A stretch of 64,000 nt of DNA from Octopus sinensis (GCF_006345805.1 NC_042998.1:88412001-88476000); one strand, 5' to 3'. Shown: positions 44,256 to 58,178, counted from the stretch's first letter. Notes: generated from the sequence alone by a model not told the origin. Program-made: numbers and translations.

Positions 44256-44331
44256 ATATAGATAGATAGATAGATATACACGCACATACATACATACATA
44301 CATATACACACATGTATATATAATATATATG

Positions 44332-44406
<75 letters not shown>

Positions 44407-44434
44407 TATACATGTTTATATATATATATGTATA

Positions 44435-44820
44435 CTAGCAGTATCGCCCGGCATTGCTCGGGTTTGTTTCGACCCGCTGGAATTGGAATTTTTGAAAAGT
44501 AAAAATTTTGCATTATGTAGCTTGTTATTCTCTTCAAGTGAACATTTTTGTGGTTGAAATACACCGAAAAGTGGCGACACAGCAGTGAGAAAATCGTAAA
44601 AAGTAGGGATTTTCATAGAAAAAAGCACCTTTTTGATGTAAATAATTTATGGTGTTGACATGGTCCGATTTGAATTTTATCTTCTCCGGAAGGAAGAGCA
44701 ACCCTTCTATCATACTCTCAATTTTGGTCAACTTGCGCCACAGGGTCTCGGAGGAGATAGTATTAGTTGAAGGCTACCAAACCTGGCGCACACAGACAAC
44801 TTCAGCTTTATATAGAGAGA
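44435..44820 (-). mobile_element. non-autonomous Helitron
   Basis: Minus strand starts A|TCTCTCTATATAAAG and ends with hairpin CCCGAGCAATGCCGGG followed by CTAG|T; no TSD. Confidence 0.85.
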
Positions 44821-44840
44821 TAACACACACACATTAATAC

Positions 44841-44876
<36 letters not shown>

Positions 44877-44998
44877 GTATGTATGGATGGATGTATGTAT
44901 GTATATATGTACATCTGTCCACTTCTTGCCATATTTTTATCCTTCACTTCCTACACACACACACTCACACACACACAGACACACCGCGCGCGCGCGCG

Positions 44999-45045
<47 letters not shown>

Positions 45046-45579
45046 TCTTAGCTTACAATTTTCTTTCAACAATTGACAACTGAAGTACCCTCGCAAATTA
45101 ATACTACAAAAACTTAGCGACAGAAAGTAAATTAAAAACCAATTTACCTTTTCTGTTGAGTTATCATTCTAATTCGACCGTCTGATTTCCTTAAATCCGT
45201 CTTTCTTCAACTGAATTTAGTTCCTATCGTTTCTTAAAGTCCTTTATGAAATCTAGGAGTGTTTTTTTTTTGTTATTTCTCGAGAAAGTTTTGTTTCCTG
45301 GACACTAAAAACTAACGGGAAGTAGACAACAGTCCCAGTACAATTGGTGTAATAGTGAAAGTCATAATGTGAGCGGCTAGCATCTACTCACCATGTGTCA
45401 GTGAATTGTTGCTGTGTGTTTGCAAATGTGTTCGAATGAGAAAGTGAATTGTGTTTGGCGCCTTTTTTACTAATAACAAACACACACATGTGTGTGTGTT
45501 TGAGTGTTTGTATGTAGTTGTTTGAAACGTTTGTGTTTGTCACTGTCATATATGTATATGTTTGCGTATCTATATGTGT

Positions 45580-46107
45580 AAAGAGAAAGTAGGAGAAAGT
45601 GTGGTAATAGGCGGAGTAAAGCCTTTGAAGTGAGAGGGGGAAATCGTAAAATATTGAGTATTCTCGAATTTTTGCTTAATTGGGTGTCAAATTGAAAGAA
45701 ATTTATATGCCATGACCGAATGGAATGTACTTCGAAAAATCATAGGTAAATTCTAATTGAAGAAATTGTGTGAGGAGTAAATCGTTATGTATTTATTTGT
45801 TTCTGTTTGCTCTGTATTTTTTTGAGTAGTGATTTAAGGTACACTTGCAAAGAGAAAGTAGGAGAAAGTGTGGTAATAGCAGGAGTGAAGCAGTTGAAAT
45901 TAGAGAGGCAAATCGTAATATATTTACTTTTCTTGAATTTTTGCTTAATTGGGGGTCAAATTGAAAAAACTTTATATGCCATGACCCAATCGAATCTACT
46001 TCGAAAAATCGTAGGTAAATTCCAATTGAAGAAATTCTATGTTGTAGAATTGTATTAAAAACAAACATGGTAACAGGCAGAGAAAATCTGCCTTTTATCA
46101 TAAGAGA
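45580..46107 (-). mobile_element. Helitron-like element with internal ~270-bp tandem duplication
   Basis: Units starting about 45580 and 45850 are diverged direct repeats; the minus-strand end A|TCTCTTATGATAAAAGG resembles a Helitron 5' end; 3' hairpin not found. Confidence 0.45.
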
Positions 46108-46268
46108 TATATGCCTAAATTGTATATGCGTGTGTGCACGCGTACGTGTCTGTGTGCGCGTGTGTGTGTACGCGTAAGTGCGTACGTGTGTGTGTGAGTG
46201 TTAAATAAAATAAGACAACAAAACCAAAGCTGTGTGGAATTTATAGGACATTTATAAAGAGAAAGGTA

Positions 46269-46316
46269 GTTTTACAGCTGTTTCCGGGATATTAGGGATA
46301 TCCCTTCATCGGAGAC
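46269..46316 (-). ncRNA. minimal hammerhead ribozyme motif in a PLE pLTR remnant
   Basis: GTCT-CCGATGA-A-GGGATA/TATCCC-G-GAAA-CAGCTG-TA-AAAC; palindromic stem III (ACAGCTGT); one stem I mismatch. Confidence 0.7.
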
Positions 46317-46471
46317 AATATGAGAGAGTGAGCTAGAGGGAAGTAATAGAGTTCAATATAAGGAATTATTTTGGAAAAGGATTGATATGGGAAATATAAA
46401 GGGAAATGAGAGAATAAAAATAAAAATATCTGTAGGATGTTACAGTTGCAGTTCCATTAATCAAGAAAAGT

Positions 46472-46696
46472 AAGGCGGCGAGCTGGCAGAAACGTTAAGC
46501 ACGCCAGGCGAAATGCTTAGCGGTATTTCGTCTGTCTTTACGTTCTGAGTTCAAATTTCGCTGAGGTCGACTTTGCTTTTCATCCTTTCGGGGTCGATAA
46601 ATTAAGTACCAGTTGCGTAGTGGGGTCGATCTAATCGACTGCCCCCCCCCCCTCCTACAAAATTTCGGGCCTTGTGCCTAGAGTAGAAAAGATTAT
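46472..46696 (+). mobile_element. SINE family B
   Basis: Full-length match to the other family B copies; a more diverged copy lies at 46888-47080. Confidence 0.85.
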
Positions 46697-47099
46697 TCTA
46701 GGAATGTGCTGTGTGGAATGGGTAGAAATGCTTCGTGTCTATAGTATGGAGATTTCGATAGGAGTTCATATTTTGTTATTACAAGTAGATAGTGTGGAGG
46801 CATAAATTCCATGTACTGTTTTACTTATTTATTTATTTATTCTGCGTTACACGTGTTTCATCACAATATGGGAACAGTATATACGATGTGGCGAGCTGGC
46901 AGAATTGTTAACACACCGGGCGAAATGTTCAGTGGCTTTTCGTTCGTCTTTACGTTCAAATTCTGCCGGCGTTGACTTTGTGGTCAATAAAATAAATGCT
47001 AGTTGAGCACTGGGGTTGATGCAATTAACTTATCCCTCTCCTGAAGTTGCTGACTTTGTGACAAAATTTGAAACCAATAATAATTTTTACATACACACA

Positions 47100-47496
47100 C
47101 ATTCTTTCTTTTACTTGTTTCAGTCATTTGATTGCGGTCATGCTGGTGCACCACCCTTAGTGAACAAATCGACCCCAGGACATATTCTTTGTGAGCCTAG
47201 TACTTGTTGTATTAGTATCTTTTGCCAAACCGATAAGTTACGGGGACATAAACACATCAACATCAGTTGTCAAACGATTGTGGGGGACAAACAACACATA
47301 CACACACACAGGCACATATATATATATATAAACGACGGGCTTCTTTCAGTTTCCATCTACTAAATCCACTCTATTATAGCCTGAGGCTATAATAGAAGAC
47401 GCATACCCAAGGTCCCACGCAGTAGGGACCTTGGGTATGCACCCGGAACCATGTGCTTGGTAAGCAAGCTACTTACCATACAGCCATTCCTGCGCC
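47100..47496 (-). mobile_element. SINE family A with two internal perfect palindromes
   Basis: Reverse complement of family A; palindromes at 47371-47395 and 47401-47440. Confidence 0.8.
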
Positions 47497-47570
<74 letters not shown>

Positions 47571-49150
47571 AAAAAAGAAAGAGAGGGAGGGAGGGAGGGA
47601 GGGAGGGAGAGAGAGATAATAGCAATAAAATAATTGATTACGAATTCCAAAAGTATGGATGACAGGAAATACCTCAGGTATTTTACCTTATCCATTTTAT
47701 TCGTACACGTGCATACACACATATTACACTTGTAGACTAAATATCCTGCCGGATGCAAAAACTAAGGTTTGACCTTGAATACCCCAATACAGAAGTATTA
47801 CGACCACTCAGATAAATCCTTCTTCACTAAGTTTATGGAATTAGCTCTTCTTTTCATAAGCGCATAAGAAATATTTCTGGCGCACTGCCCTCCATTCTCC
47901 CACTGACAGATCAAATATTTCTTTTTAAAAATGTAAATACTCTGATTTAATATGTCTATGAAAATGATATTTCAGCTTAGGACACTCTATAGAGTGTAGT
48001 ATCTGTCTTAACATTGGCAACATGCTAAGTTAAATGTTTTTAGTAACTTGTTTCCAATATTTACACTAAAGATGTGTGTATGTGTAAGTGTCTATGTATG
48101 CATGTGTTTATGTATGTATCTATATTAGTGTATATTACAGCTTACTTTGTTCTAAGTAAATATTAACAGTTGTTTTATAAGCATTATTATTACAACAAAA
48201 GTATTATTAATACCTTTAGTAAGCAGGTTTAGAAAGATGTCTCGGCTTTAGCAAGCAGGCGAGAAAACGGTCGATGTCGGCGAAAGAGGTGGAGAATAGA
48301 TATGACAGAGGGTGAAATAAAAAGAAAAAGAGAAAATGTGTAATTAAGAATAGGAGAGAAAGAGGGAGAGTGAGAGGCTGAGAGAAGTGTTTAAGGAAAG
48401 TAATAAAGTGAAAGTCAGAAGTTGGCATATGGAAACAGAGCGAGCAAAAAAAAAATGCGTAATTATATACATACTTGTGCGTGTGTGTGTGTGCGTGTGT
48501 GTGTGTGTGCGTGTGCGTGCATGCGTGCGTGCGTGTTTGCCTGTGTGTATGTATTTGCACACAAGTAGGTGTGAGGGAGAGAAAAGGAAAGAGCATAAGA
48601 ACAAGTAGAAAGAAAATGATATGAATATGGCGCAGACAGTAATAAAAGAGAAGCAGTCAGAGGAACGAGTTTCGAGAAGGAAGAAAGTGAGATGAGAGGT
48701 GGGGGGGGGATGTGTAAAGAGAAACGAAGTGCCAAAAGCAAACAAGCAGAAGTGGTGGAAGGCAACAACAGAGACGCATATTTACCTGACTCAGAGTTTA
48801 CTGGACTCCCCTAGGAGTGAAATTTCTCTACAAATTTCTCTAATGAGAATTGAAACTCATGACCTAACCAGGGGATAAAACAATATTTATTCTATGTTCT
48901 TGGCGATATTTTTTACCTCCAAGATAAGATAATCATCATCATCGCCGTCGTCGTTATTGGCATCGTCGTTTTTTTTTCTTTTTTTATTTCTTTGCATCTT
49001 CGCGCAATTTACTTGGCTTTGCCTGCCTCGGGTTCTCAACAGCTGATGGAGTTATAGGCACGACATCTTGTCAAACGGAGTCGTGTCTAAAACAGTTTAG
49101 GCCTAAAGGAGCCCATCGTCCTCCATATCTAACCGCCGCTGATTCCTCTT

Positions 49151-49193
<43 letters not shown>

Positions 49194-50522
49194 ATGAAAG
49201 AAAGAAAGAAAGAAAAAAGAAGAAGAAGAAGAAAAAGAAGAAGAAAAAGAAGAAGAAGAAGAGAAGAAGAAGAAGAAGAAGAAGAAGAAGAAGAAGAAGA
49301 AGAAGAAGAAGAAGAAGAAGAAGAAGACTCTACGCCCAGTACTGGCGGTTATTTTATCGACTCAACTCTGAAATACATGAAAGGCTGTGGGAATTGAACT
49401 CAGAGCACAGAAAGCCTCGGAATGAATATAACAAGGCATTGTAGCCAATGCTGTAATGACTCTGTCACTTCACCGCTTTATATTATCATGAAACTTCAGT
49501 TAAGAAGCGTTTTGCTATTCATCCAGTTAAAACATTTATGCTTCTGAGAATGGGTGTTTTTCAGATCTCCTTTCCTTTTATCACCTTACTTCGATACAAA
49601 AACCATAAAGTAAAGCATGACCTCCCGACTAATCTCATCCGTAATGTAATCCAGTTTCAATTCTCTGTTGAAGCCATTCCTTTGAAACCAAAAAATCATG
49701 CCCTCAGGAATTTAATAATACCGAATCATATCCATTATTATTTTCACCTATTTGGTTTAAAGATTAGATTCCCCTCCCACACTACATTATCTATGTTTTC
49801 CAAAATGACTATTAACAATAATTGCCTGATTATTTGTTTGTTTTTTAATTAAATTAAATTTTTTTAAACAGTGTGAGTCATTGTCTATTTATTGCATAGA
49901 AAATGTAAATTAATCTAAGTTCAGTATGAAACAATTAACGTAAGAGGTTTACATTGGCCAAAGTAACCTTACTTTTTAGAGATTGTAAGGTGTGACTTGA
50001 ATAAATTTAGCTGCTATATCTCACAGGTTAAGCGGCTTCGTCGGGATTGTTTCACAGAATGCTTTTAGTGAATTTCAGTCTGCTACAAAGACTCAGACCA
50101 CAATAAAAGAAAAAGACATATTTTTCAGCTATTCTTCCTCGCAAAGAAGGTAGAAAAGATTTTACAACTGAGGCCTGTACAGGTGCCCAAACCTATAAAT
50201 AATACCAAGTGAGGCTGTCCTGTCATTAACACATAATCTTGTATTCTGCTCCCTATTGCCTCTCCTCAACTGGTACTGGATCTTACGAATCCATTGAATT
50301 TCAACAAGGCTCCTTTGGAGGATGGATATAGGTATCAAAAGCAAACGAAACCATAAATGCTTTTTTTCCCTCTTCCTTATGAAACACAAGCTTTCAACAT
50401 CAACTGCTCTCATTAGCATCGATTTTAAACGAAACAAAAGTCGCCTAACAAGATTAAGTATGTTTACATACACAACATGATTATACATCATGTGATACAC
50501 ACAAACACACACTCACACTCAC

Positions 50523-50561
<39 letters not shown>

Positions 50562-51978
50562 CTAATGGCGAACAGAGGTACCAGACGCATCGCTGCGGCC
50601 ACTTGAAGAAGAATACGTGGTATGACAACATCTCATACTAAGTCTGGAGTTGTCTTTCAACTCTATTACCAATATAAAACTTAGGTAAACCTCCACACCA
50701 TCTTGCCAACTACGTAAGAATTCCCGGGAAGAGATCATAGTTAAACTTAGACCAATCAACAACTGCATAATTGCCTAAACTGTGTTTATTGAATTATAAT
50801 AAATGACTGAACAAATGTATTTTTACACCTTTTCTTTTGCATATATATTTATTTACCAAATTATTTATTCACTTAACTGCAACGCATTCTGTAATTAAGA
50901 GACAGTTTATTAGTGGTTGATTAGTTATAATTGACTGGGGGTATTCCATAGAAAATTGAAATTTTGTTAGTTCAGCTGTTACTCTGAGCTCAATTAACTT
51001 GAGTTTTATCATCAAACATTCACCACACACAAAGTATATTATGCTACATTCTGTTGTTATGGCTATCGTGTAAATACCGAGGAAAAGCGTGCGGTGCTAA
51101 GATTCTGGGTGAACTCAGTATGAATTCGTCACATGGGTCATTTTCCTTTCCCATGCATACCTAGTTACAGTCAATAATAACCCGGAGAGCGATGTACTGT
51201 ACTAGGCTGATATACCCTTACCATACTGCATAAAATGGTTTCCTACGAGCCAGTGAAGCAAGGAACATAAGTTGCTTGTATGTTACTTTCGTTATTTCGA
51301 ATCGTCAAGCCTTTTATAACTCTTAAACATATATTTTCTTTTCATATAATCTCTGAGACAAGATGGAGGGTTTTTAACATGTTACCCAATTCAGTATAAC
51401 TCTTTGTTGTTATTGTTATTACTGTTGCCGTTGTCATTACCTTAATTAGACAGGCTTATGATCAAAGTTGTTCCAACCATAGCCATCTGCTGTTGTTTTT
51501 CTCTAATACATTTTCCAATATGCACTTCCTTTATTTAAGAATGTGAATTGATGGATTATTTCTTATTTTGTCTAACCTAGTGATTGATGTTCATGGACGT
51601 ATTTACTATGTTTACCATGGGCAGGTTTGTAGTTTTCCATTGTTGTTGAACTGTATTCTTTGACGTTACTTTCATTGATCCCTAAGAAGATCTATAGTTT
51701 TTAATTCGTTAATTATTTCCCTCTTCAAAACTTTCTATTCTTGAATCTTCGTTATACTCCTCTATTTTTATATTTCTTAGATAGCGATAGAAGTAGTATT
51801 AATGGTATTAGTACCGAAGAGCAATCTTTATATATCCTACTTGATCTTTATATTACTGTTGCTAGTCAAACCTCGCTTCCACTCATATATGGAAAAACAG
51901 TGACTAATCAAATAGCGGGAGGGCTGGGTAAAAATTAGATATTTGCGACGGAAACAGCATCAGTACCGGGTAACGATC

Positions 51979-52207
51979 TTATACCCTACATAACGTGGAT
52001 GTATTATAAGAACACTATAATACTGATAGTGGATACCCCCTGTTAATGAAGTGCAAACAGGCTGAAATCTAGCTGCCGCCACTGATGCTGGAAATTTTCG
52101 TCTGCCACAAATTTTTCTATGTTTTTAAGCTCTAAACATGCTCCCTCAAGAGAAAAACTGCAGTATTATGATGTTCTTATAATACATCCACGTTATGTAG
52201 GATATAA
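51979..52207. repeat. 47-bp inverted repeat with 135-bp spacer
   Basis: 51979-52025 and 52161-52207 are near-identical reverse complements. Confidence 0.85.
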
Positions 52208-53065
52208 CATTGATATTTTGTTGTTCTAGCTCGGTTTTTTATGGTCAATATTCGTTGTATTTTGTTTTATCGTTGTTTATTTTGTTCGGCACTTGAGTTT
52301 TCGTTATGTAATCTTTCTTTTCAGTTTTCTATATTGCTTTCTGATATGTTTTAGTATTGCGAATGTAACTTAACTTAACTTGTCTGTTCGGGTCCAACAT
52401 CAAATTTTGCCTCCAACGTTACATTTTGCTAGATTGAAAGTAACTGTAAGATATGCATGTAAAATAAAAACAAATTCTTTTTCTTGTATCGTTCTTTACC
52501 TTCTCTCTTTTTATTTACAAGATCTAGAGTGTATAACCTGACCCTGTATTTAGATTACCAGTTTTTTTTTTCGTTAAATTTGGGTTTATTTGTTTCTGGT
52601 GATATCGAGCAGTACACGTTACATTTTCCTACGTTTTATGCGACCTACTCAAAGTACGCATTACCTTGTTAACTTTAGGCAGAATTACACGGTTATATTT
52701 TTAGTGTTTATATATATATATATATAATTTTGTTTGATGGTGTATGGAATTAGTCTGACACTGATATGAATCGTACTTGGATAACTTGTTTACATATGGG
52801 GTTTGATCGCTGACCACAATCAATATTTGTAATATTTTAATTATATGACGTAATGGTCAATACATTTTGCAAGTATTACTTGCACAGCTTATTGTTCCAG
52901 TTTCCTCACTTTTCTATTTGAGCAGTCAATTCATAATCATCGTCATCATTGTTGTTGTTGCTATTGCTATCCTTGCTATTGCTGTTGTGTGTGGTCACTA
53001 TTATTATTATTATTACTATTATTATTATATTATTATTATTATTATTATTATTATCATCATCATCA

Positions 53066-53120
<55 letters not shown>

Positions 53121-53938
53121 CATTACTATTGTTGTTGTTGTCGTTGTTGCTGTTGTTGTTGTTGTTGCTGTTGTTGTTGTTGTAATAAAGGACAAAAGCA
53201 GCTGCACCAGATTACATGCCTGTCAATACTGAATTATGTTCATGTATGTTCAAATCTCACCGAGTTCGTTTTTACCACTCCATTCTTTTGGAGATCAATA
53301 AAATAAGAACCTAAAATATGCTTAGATCAATTCACTTTTACTGCGCCCCACCCCTTTAAATTTATGTTCATTTACTATTTCATAAAACCATTATCACTAA
53401 TTCTCAATTCTATTTATTTCTAATTGCAGTGGTATCGTTGTTGTTGACATTGATCTCACAAAAGTTCAAATTAACCAGTGTGCCAGAGATGGGACGCTCT
53501 TTTCAAATTCGCACAAATGCCGGCTTGAAACTACTCAAGTAAGTTGATATTGCTGTTGATGTTTTTGTTGCTTTTGCTACCATTGTCGTTGTTTCTATTC
53601 ATATTTATATTTTACAGATTTTCTTCAAAGCGGTGGCCGTCGTTTCTTTACCTCATCAAAATAAATGTGTTGTTTGATTAAAACATCGGAAATTCTTTGC
53701 CCCTTGCAGAAACTGCAAGAGCTGCTGAGAGGTATTGCTGGCTCTTTTGAATCTGACACAATGTTTGAAACACTTCCATATCATTACAAGATATTTCATG
53801 GTCACAAGCATTTCGTCCCTTAGCTCGTACGCTTCTGTCAGAGTGGTGTAACGAGGACTCAATTAATCTTCATCTACAAAGGGGTTCCAAAAGCAGTCGC
53901 TTGTCAACCACAGACACCTCGAGTTGCTTTCAGTAACC

Positions 53939-54073
53939 ATGCCTATCACTTTAGTGGCTTTCTTTGTTTGCCTGGGTTTAGGACTAATCTTCTACAGAAA
54001 ACAGCGCACCGATCTAGCTGGAAAGCTGCGGCAGCCGACTTCAATAAAGAATGAATCAGCGTGTCATTCCTTG
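53939..54073 (+). CDS. possible first coding exon of a membrane-anchored protein (speculative)
   Basis: ACCATG context with an upstream in-frame stop; MPITLVAFFVCLGLGLIFYRKQR... ends at a GTAAGT donor; non-repetitive sequence; no recognised homology. Confidence 0.2.
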
Positions 54074-56765
54074 GTAAGTGTCATGTCGATCAGGAACTGA
54101 CCTGCATTTAAATCATTCTGATTCTGAAAGTGCACAGCAATTTTACTGTTCTCCTGCAGCTTACAGAGATGAGTGGTGCTGTTTCTGTTAATCATTTTGA
54201 GAATAATATTGAAATATACATATTCACTTTACCAAAGAAAGTGCACACGTCAATTTACTATTTCTTGTTATAAATTGTTACACTCAGCAAGAGGTAGTTA
54301 GTGCTGTTTAAATACCACCCATAACTAAAAGCATCAAGACCTGTGGATAGCATGCATTTGCAGCTCTTAAGCTAATAATCAACCGGGTGCCATTTTGCAA
54401 TAAACACAGCTCATTTTCGACTGAGTGAGCTGGAACAATATGAAGTACGTTGCCTAGGGACACAACGTCCGGGGATCGAATCCACTGAAACCTATGACCC
54501 TGAATTAATGAACCCAGCCACCAATTAGTTTCAGTTCTAAACATTGACCGAGTTAACTTTATGTTTCGATTTTTGTAGGATCACTAAAAAAAGTTCCGAG
54601 CATATTCTGGAGTCAGTTGATTGGATTGGTCCTTATTGTATCCATACTTTAAGAACGTGTTTGTCTTGTACGAATATGAGAAATTATTATGAGATGTTGC
54701 AAACGATGAACGAACATACTTGTCATTAAATCATCATCATAATCATCATCACTCTATCATCACCACCACCACTGCCACCTCTGTCATCACAACCATCACT
54801 GCCACAATTATCACTATCATCAACACCATCAACGCCGCTGCTATCATCATCGCCAGAATCACCGTCACTACCATCTCCTACACCCCTTCTAACATTACCA
54901 CGCCACCACAGCAGCAACCACCATCACCACAACCATCACCAACACCACCACCATCATCATCATCAACCTCAATAAAGAGGTCAACAATGTCCGTTGTTCA
55001 TTAGTTTGTATGAGTCAAGTAGGTTTATCGCGGTTTTTTCCTCCCATTAAATGTCATCAAATGGTTACCTGATTGTTTTCGCTTTGTAATTCTTAACGCA
55101 AATACCTTTGACGCATCACTCACAACTGAGCAGTTTTGTATGAGATGCAATGATTTGTGTTTTCATGAATGTTGATTCGACTGATGCAGTAAGCTAGATG
55201 AGTTAACAGTAATTATACTACTATATGTCAATCGTATGTAAGAAAGTCCAGTCAGGGCAACAACAAAACTACTTCAACTATTAATAAAAATGTACGGATT
55301 TTAAGAACAATTTCGATGTATTGCTGACGTGTCAGCAGTATTCATTTCTCATGCTAGAGATTACTATGAGCTACACCCAAAGATTTAGCTGTCATTCGTG
55401 AATAAAGTAATTAAATTTACGAGATACGAAAAGCTTTGTCATGTTTATTATACATGACAAATCCTTTATTGGAAAAGAGGGATCTATCATCTAGACTTCG
55501 CCCTGAGATTGTAGAGTAAGCGTGAAAGCCGTCTATGATTTTCTATGGTGGTGTGAAGAAAGGAAACTTGCGTTCTTGGGCAGTTATGTCAATCTCCCTC
55601 AAAAAGATCTTACCAAGGCCTGCACATACATGTGCACATATACTTTCAGCATTCACTGATGAAGTCTCGCAACGAGTCGATTTCTAATCTATGACTTAAG
55701 TCTTATGAGTTAATCTCTATTTTGTTAGTACCACTGTTCTGTGAGTCTAACTCTCCACTGTAATTCTTCCTCTGCTCTATGAGTCTGCTTCTACACTATC
55801 AATCTACCGTTGTTCTATGAATGTAGCTTAGGTTTGTAACTCTATCTTTATGATACCTCTTCTCCATAAGTCTACGTGTACTTTATGAATATACTTCAAT
55901 CTCTATTCAATAAGTGAACCTCTATTTTATACGTCTATTTCTAATAAGATACTTAGAATGAATGGATAGAGACATCAATGTAAAAAAAGACAAATAAATA
56001 AATTAAATCAAGTATAGTTATTTTTATTCAACTATCTTTATTTTTAAATCAGATAATCTAACTAACATTTGTAATGTATTTCAGTGTATGTTTACCAAAG
56101 AAATATTTGAGTGTATTTGAGTCTTTAAGACTGCCTGTAGTCAATAGTGATTTCTAATATCCCTTTTCTCAGTTTCAAAAGAAAAATTTCCATATTTAAA
56201 GGAAGAGATTTTTGCTTTTCATGAGGTTGGTTTATTGTTTTGTGAGAAATCTGTACTATTTTTCCCCTTGCCACCAAGAATTCATTTTATATTCAGAGCT
56301 CATACTTCCTCTGGGCATAGCATCATATAATTCTTTTTTATACCAACCTTGAAACATTGAAACCTTCTTAAAAACTAATGCAGTAGTATTATCAATACTG
56401 TAGCTTTGTCATCACAAAATCATTTTACATGTTGTCTTCTGCAATCATATCTCTTCAGATGTCCCAGTATTTAATTTCATCGAATTCAATGAGTCCAGTA
56501 CTTAAACACTTCACCATATTTATTTATTCATTCATTTATACATTGCTAGTTATGAGCCATGTCTTATTTTAAGGCTTTTTAACAAAAGAGTATTTTCTGG
56601 CCGCAAAGAAGATGTCTCTGGATACCCAACATTCTTTTGTCAAACCTTACAATGAAGGCATATATGCAATGGATGCTTGAATTATTGGTCCAAGTCGTAA
56701 CTGTGTGTTTGTGCGTGTACATATCTTTAGGAATGTGCATAAATACGCGACAATGTGTGTGCGTG

Positions 56766-56850
<85 letters not shown>

Positions 56851-57636
56851 ATATTCATTTAACTTCCGACCTTTAATGATATTACTTTGTGTTATCCCGC
56901 CAGTAGACACTTCTAATGGAGATTGCTCTCAGAGATTTTAAACCATACAAACCTCGACACTCTGATAATATCACAAATAATATAGAAGTGTGTTTTTACT
57001 ATATTTTTTCTTATTATTCGTAAAATATTCTACCCTCCGTTTTTTTTTTTTTTTTAATATTTTTATGACAACACACAGAAGGCTGATCCTCTAGCTTGAC
57101 CCTAGCTATGACAGCTAAGTTTAACTAAACAATTCACACACGCGCACTGGCAGGATTTTTAACCAATGACACTCTAGTAGTTAATTTTATTTTAGTACTT
57201 CTACAACTTTAATATTCATTTAATCAGTGAACCGAGCTTATTACAACTCTAGCGTGGCAATTTTAACAATGCTATATAATTCCAAGCCATTATCAGGTGT
57301 AAGTGATTGAGAAAAATTCTCACTGGAAAAACAAAATATGGCTCTAATGATGCTCTGTTACCTGACGACAATAAACAAATAATTACTTTTTGATAGGATA
57401 ATAAGGTGTAATCAATATGATTCTTAAGAGAGGTGAAATGGCAGAGTTGCTAGAGTGTCGTATGAAATAACTTGCAGTATTTCATTTCAGTCTTTTTTGC
57501 ATTCTGAGTCCATGGACACTTTGCCATTCAACCAGCTCAATTGTATATGTACATATGTAAATACACACACACAGAGAGACACAGACGCGCGCACACACAC
57601 ACACACGCGCGCGCGCGCATATATATATATATATAG

Positions 57637-57668
<32 letters not shown>

Positions 57669-57766
57669 ATGGTAAAAGTATATTTATACATAGATATACG
57701 TTTAATATATATGTATATATAATATATATACATGTACATATATATATACTTTTATATATATATATA

Positions 57767-57803
<37 letters not shown>

Positions 57804-57810
<7 letters not shown>

Positions 57811-58027
57811 AAATTTAAAAAGGAAAATACGCACACTTACGTAGTTTTAATATAATTTTTAATATATTGACCGGTTTCGCTATCGCTAATCACGAATAGC
57901 GATAGCGAAACCGGTCGATATATTAAAAATATATCAAAACTATGTAAGTGTGCGTATTTTCCTTTTTTAATTTCTTATATACATTACAACTCACCACGTG
58001 GGGGTAATTCCTCTTTTCTGTTACTAC

Positions 58028-58030
<3 letters not shown>
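57804..58030. mobile_element. palindromic PLE-derived element with hammerhead at the centre
   Basis: Arms 57804-57888 and 57897-57980; the right arm has a ~50-bp tail; flanked by (TA)n. Confidence 0.75.
57889..57919 (+). ncRNA. minimal hammerhead motif, A3-U8 variant
   Basis: ATC-ACGAATA-GC-GATA-GC-GAAA-CCGG-TC-GAT; palindromic ACCGGT stem III and GUC triplet. Confidence 0.55.
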
Positions 58031-58076
<46 letters not shown>

Positions 58077-58178
58077 AAAGTTTGTTTGGTAAAGCACGTG
58101 GGTGAATATATAAGAAAATAGTAAAGTGTGAAAAAACGACAGAAGGCTTAAATGTTAAAAAATATATATATTTGTGTC

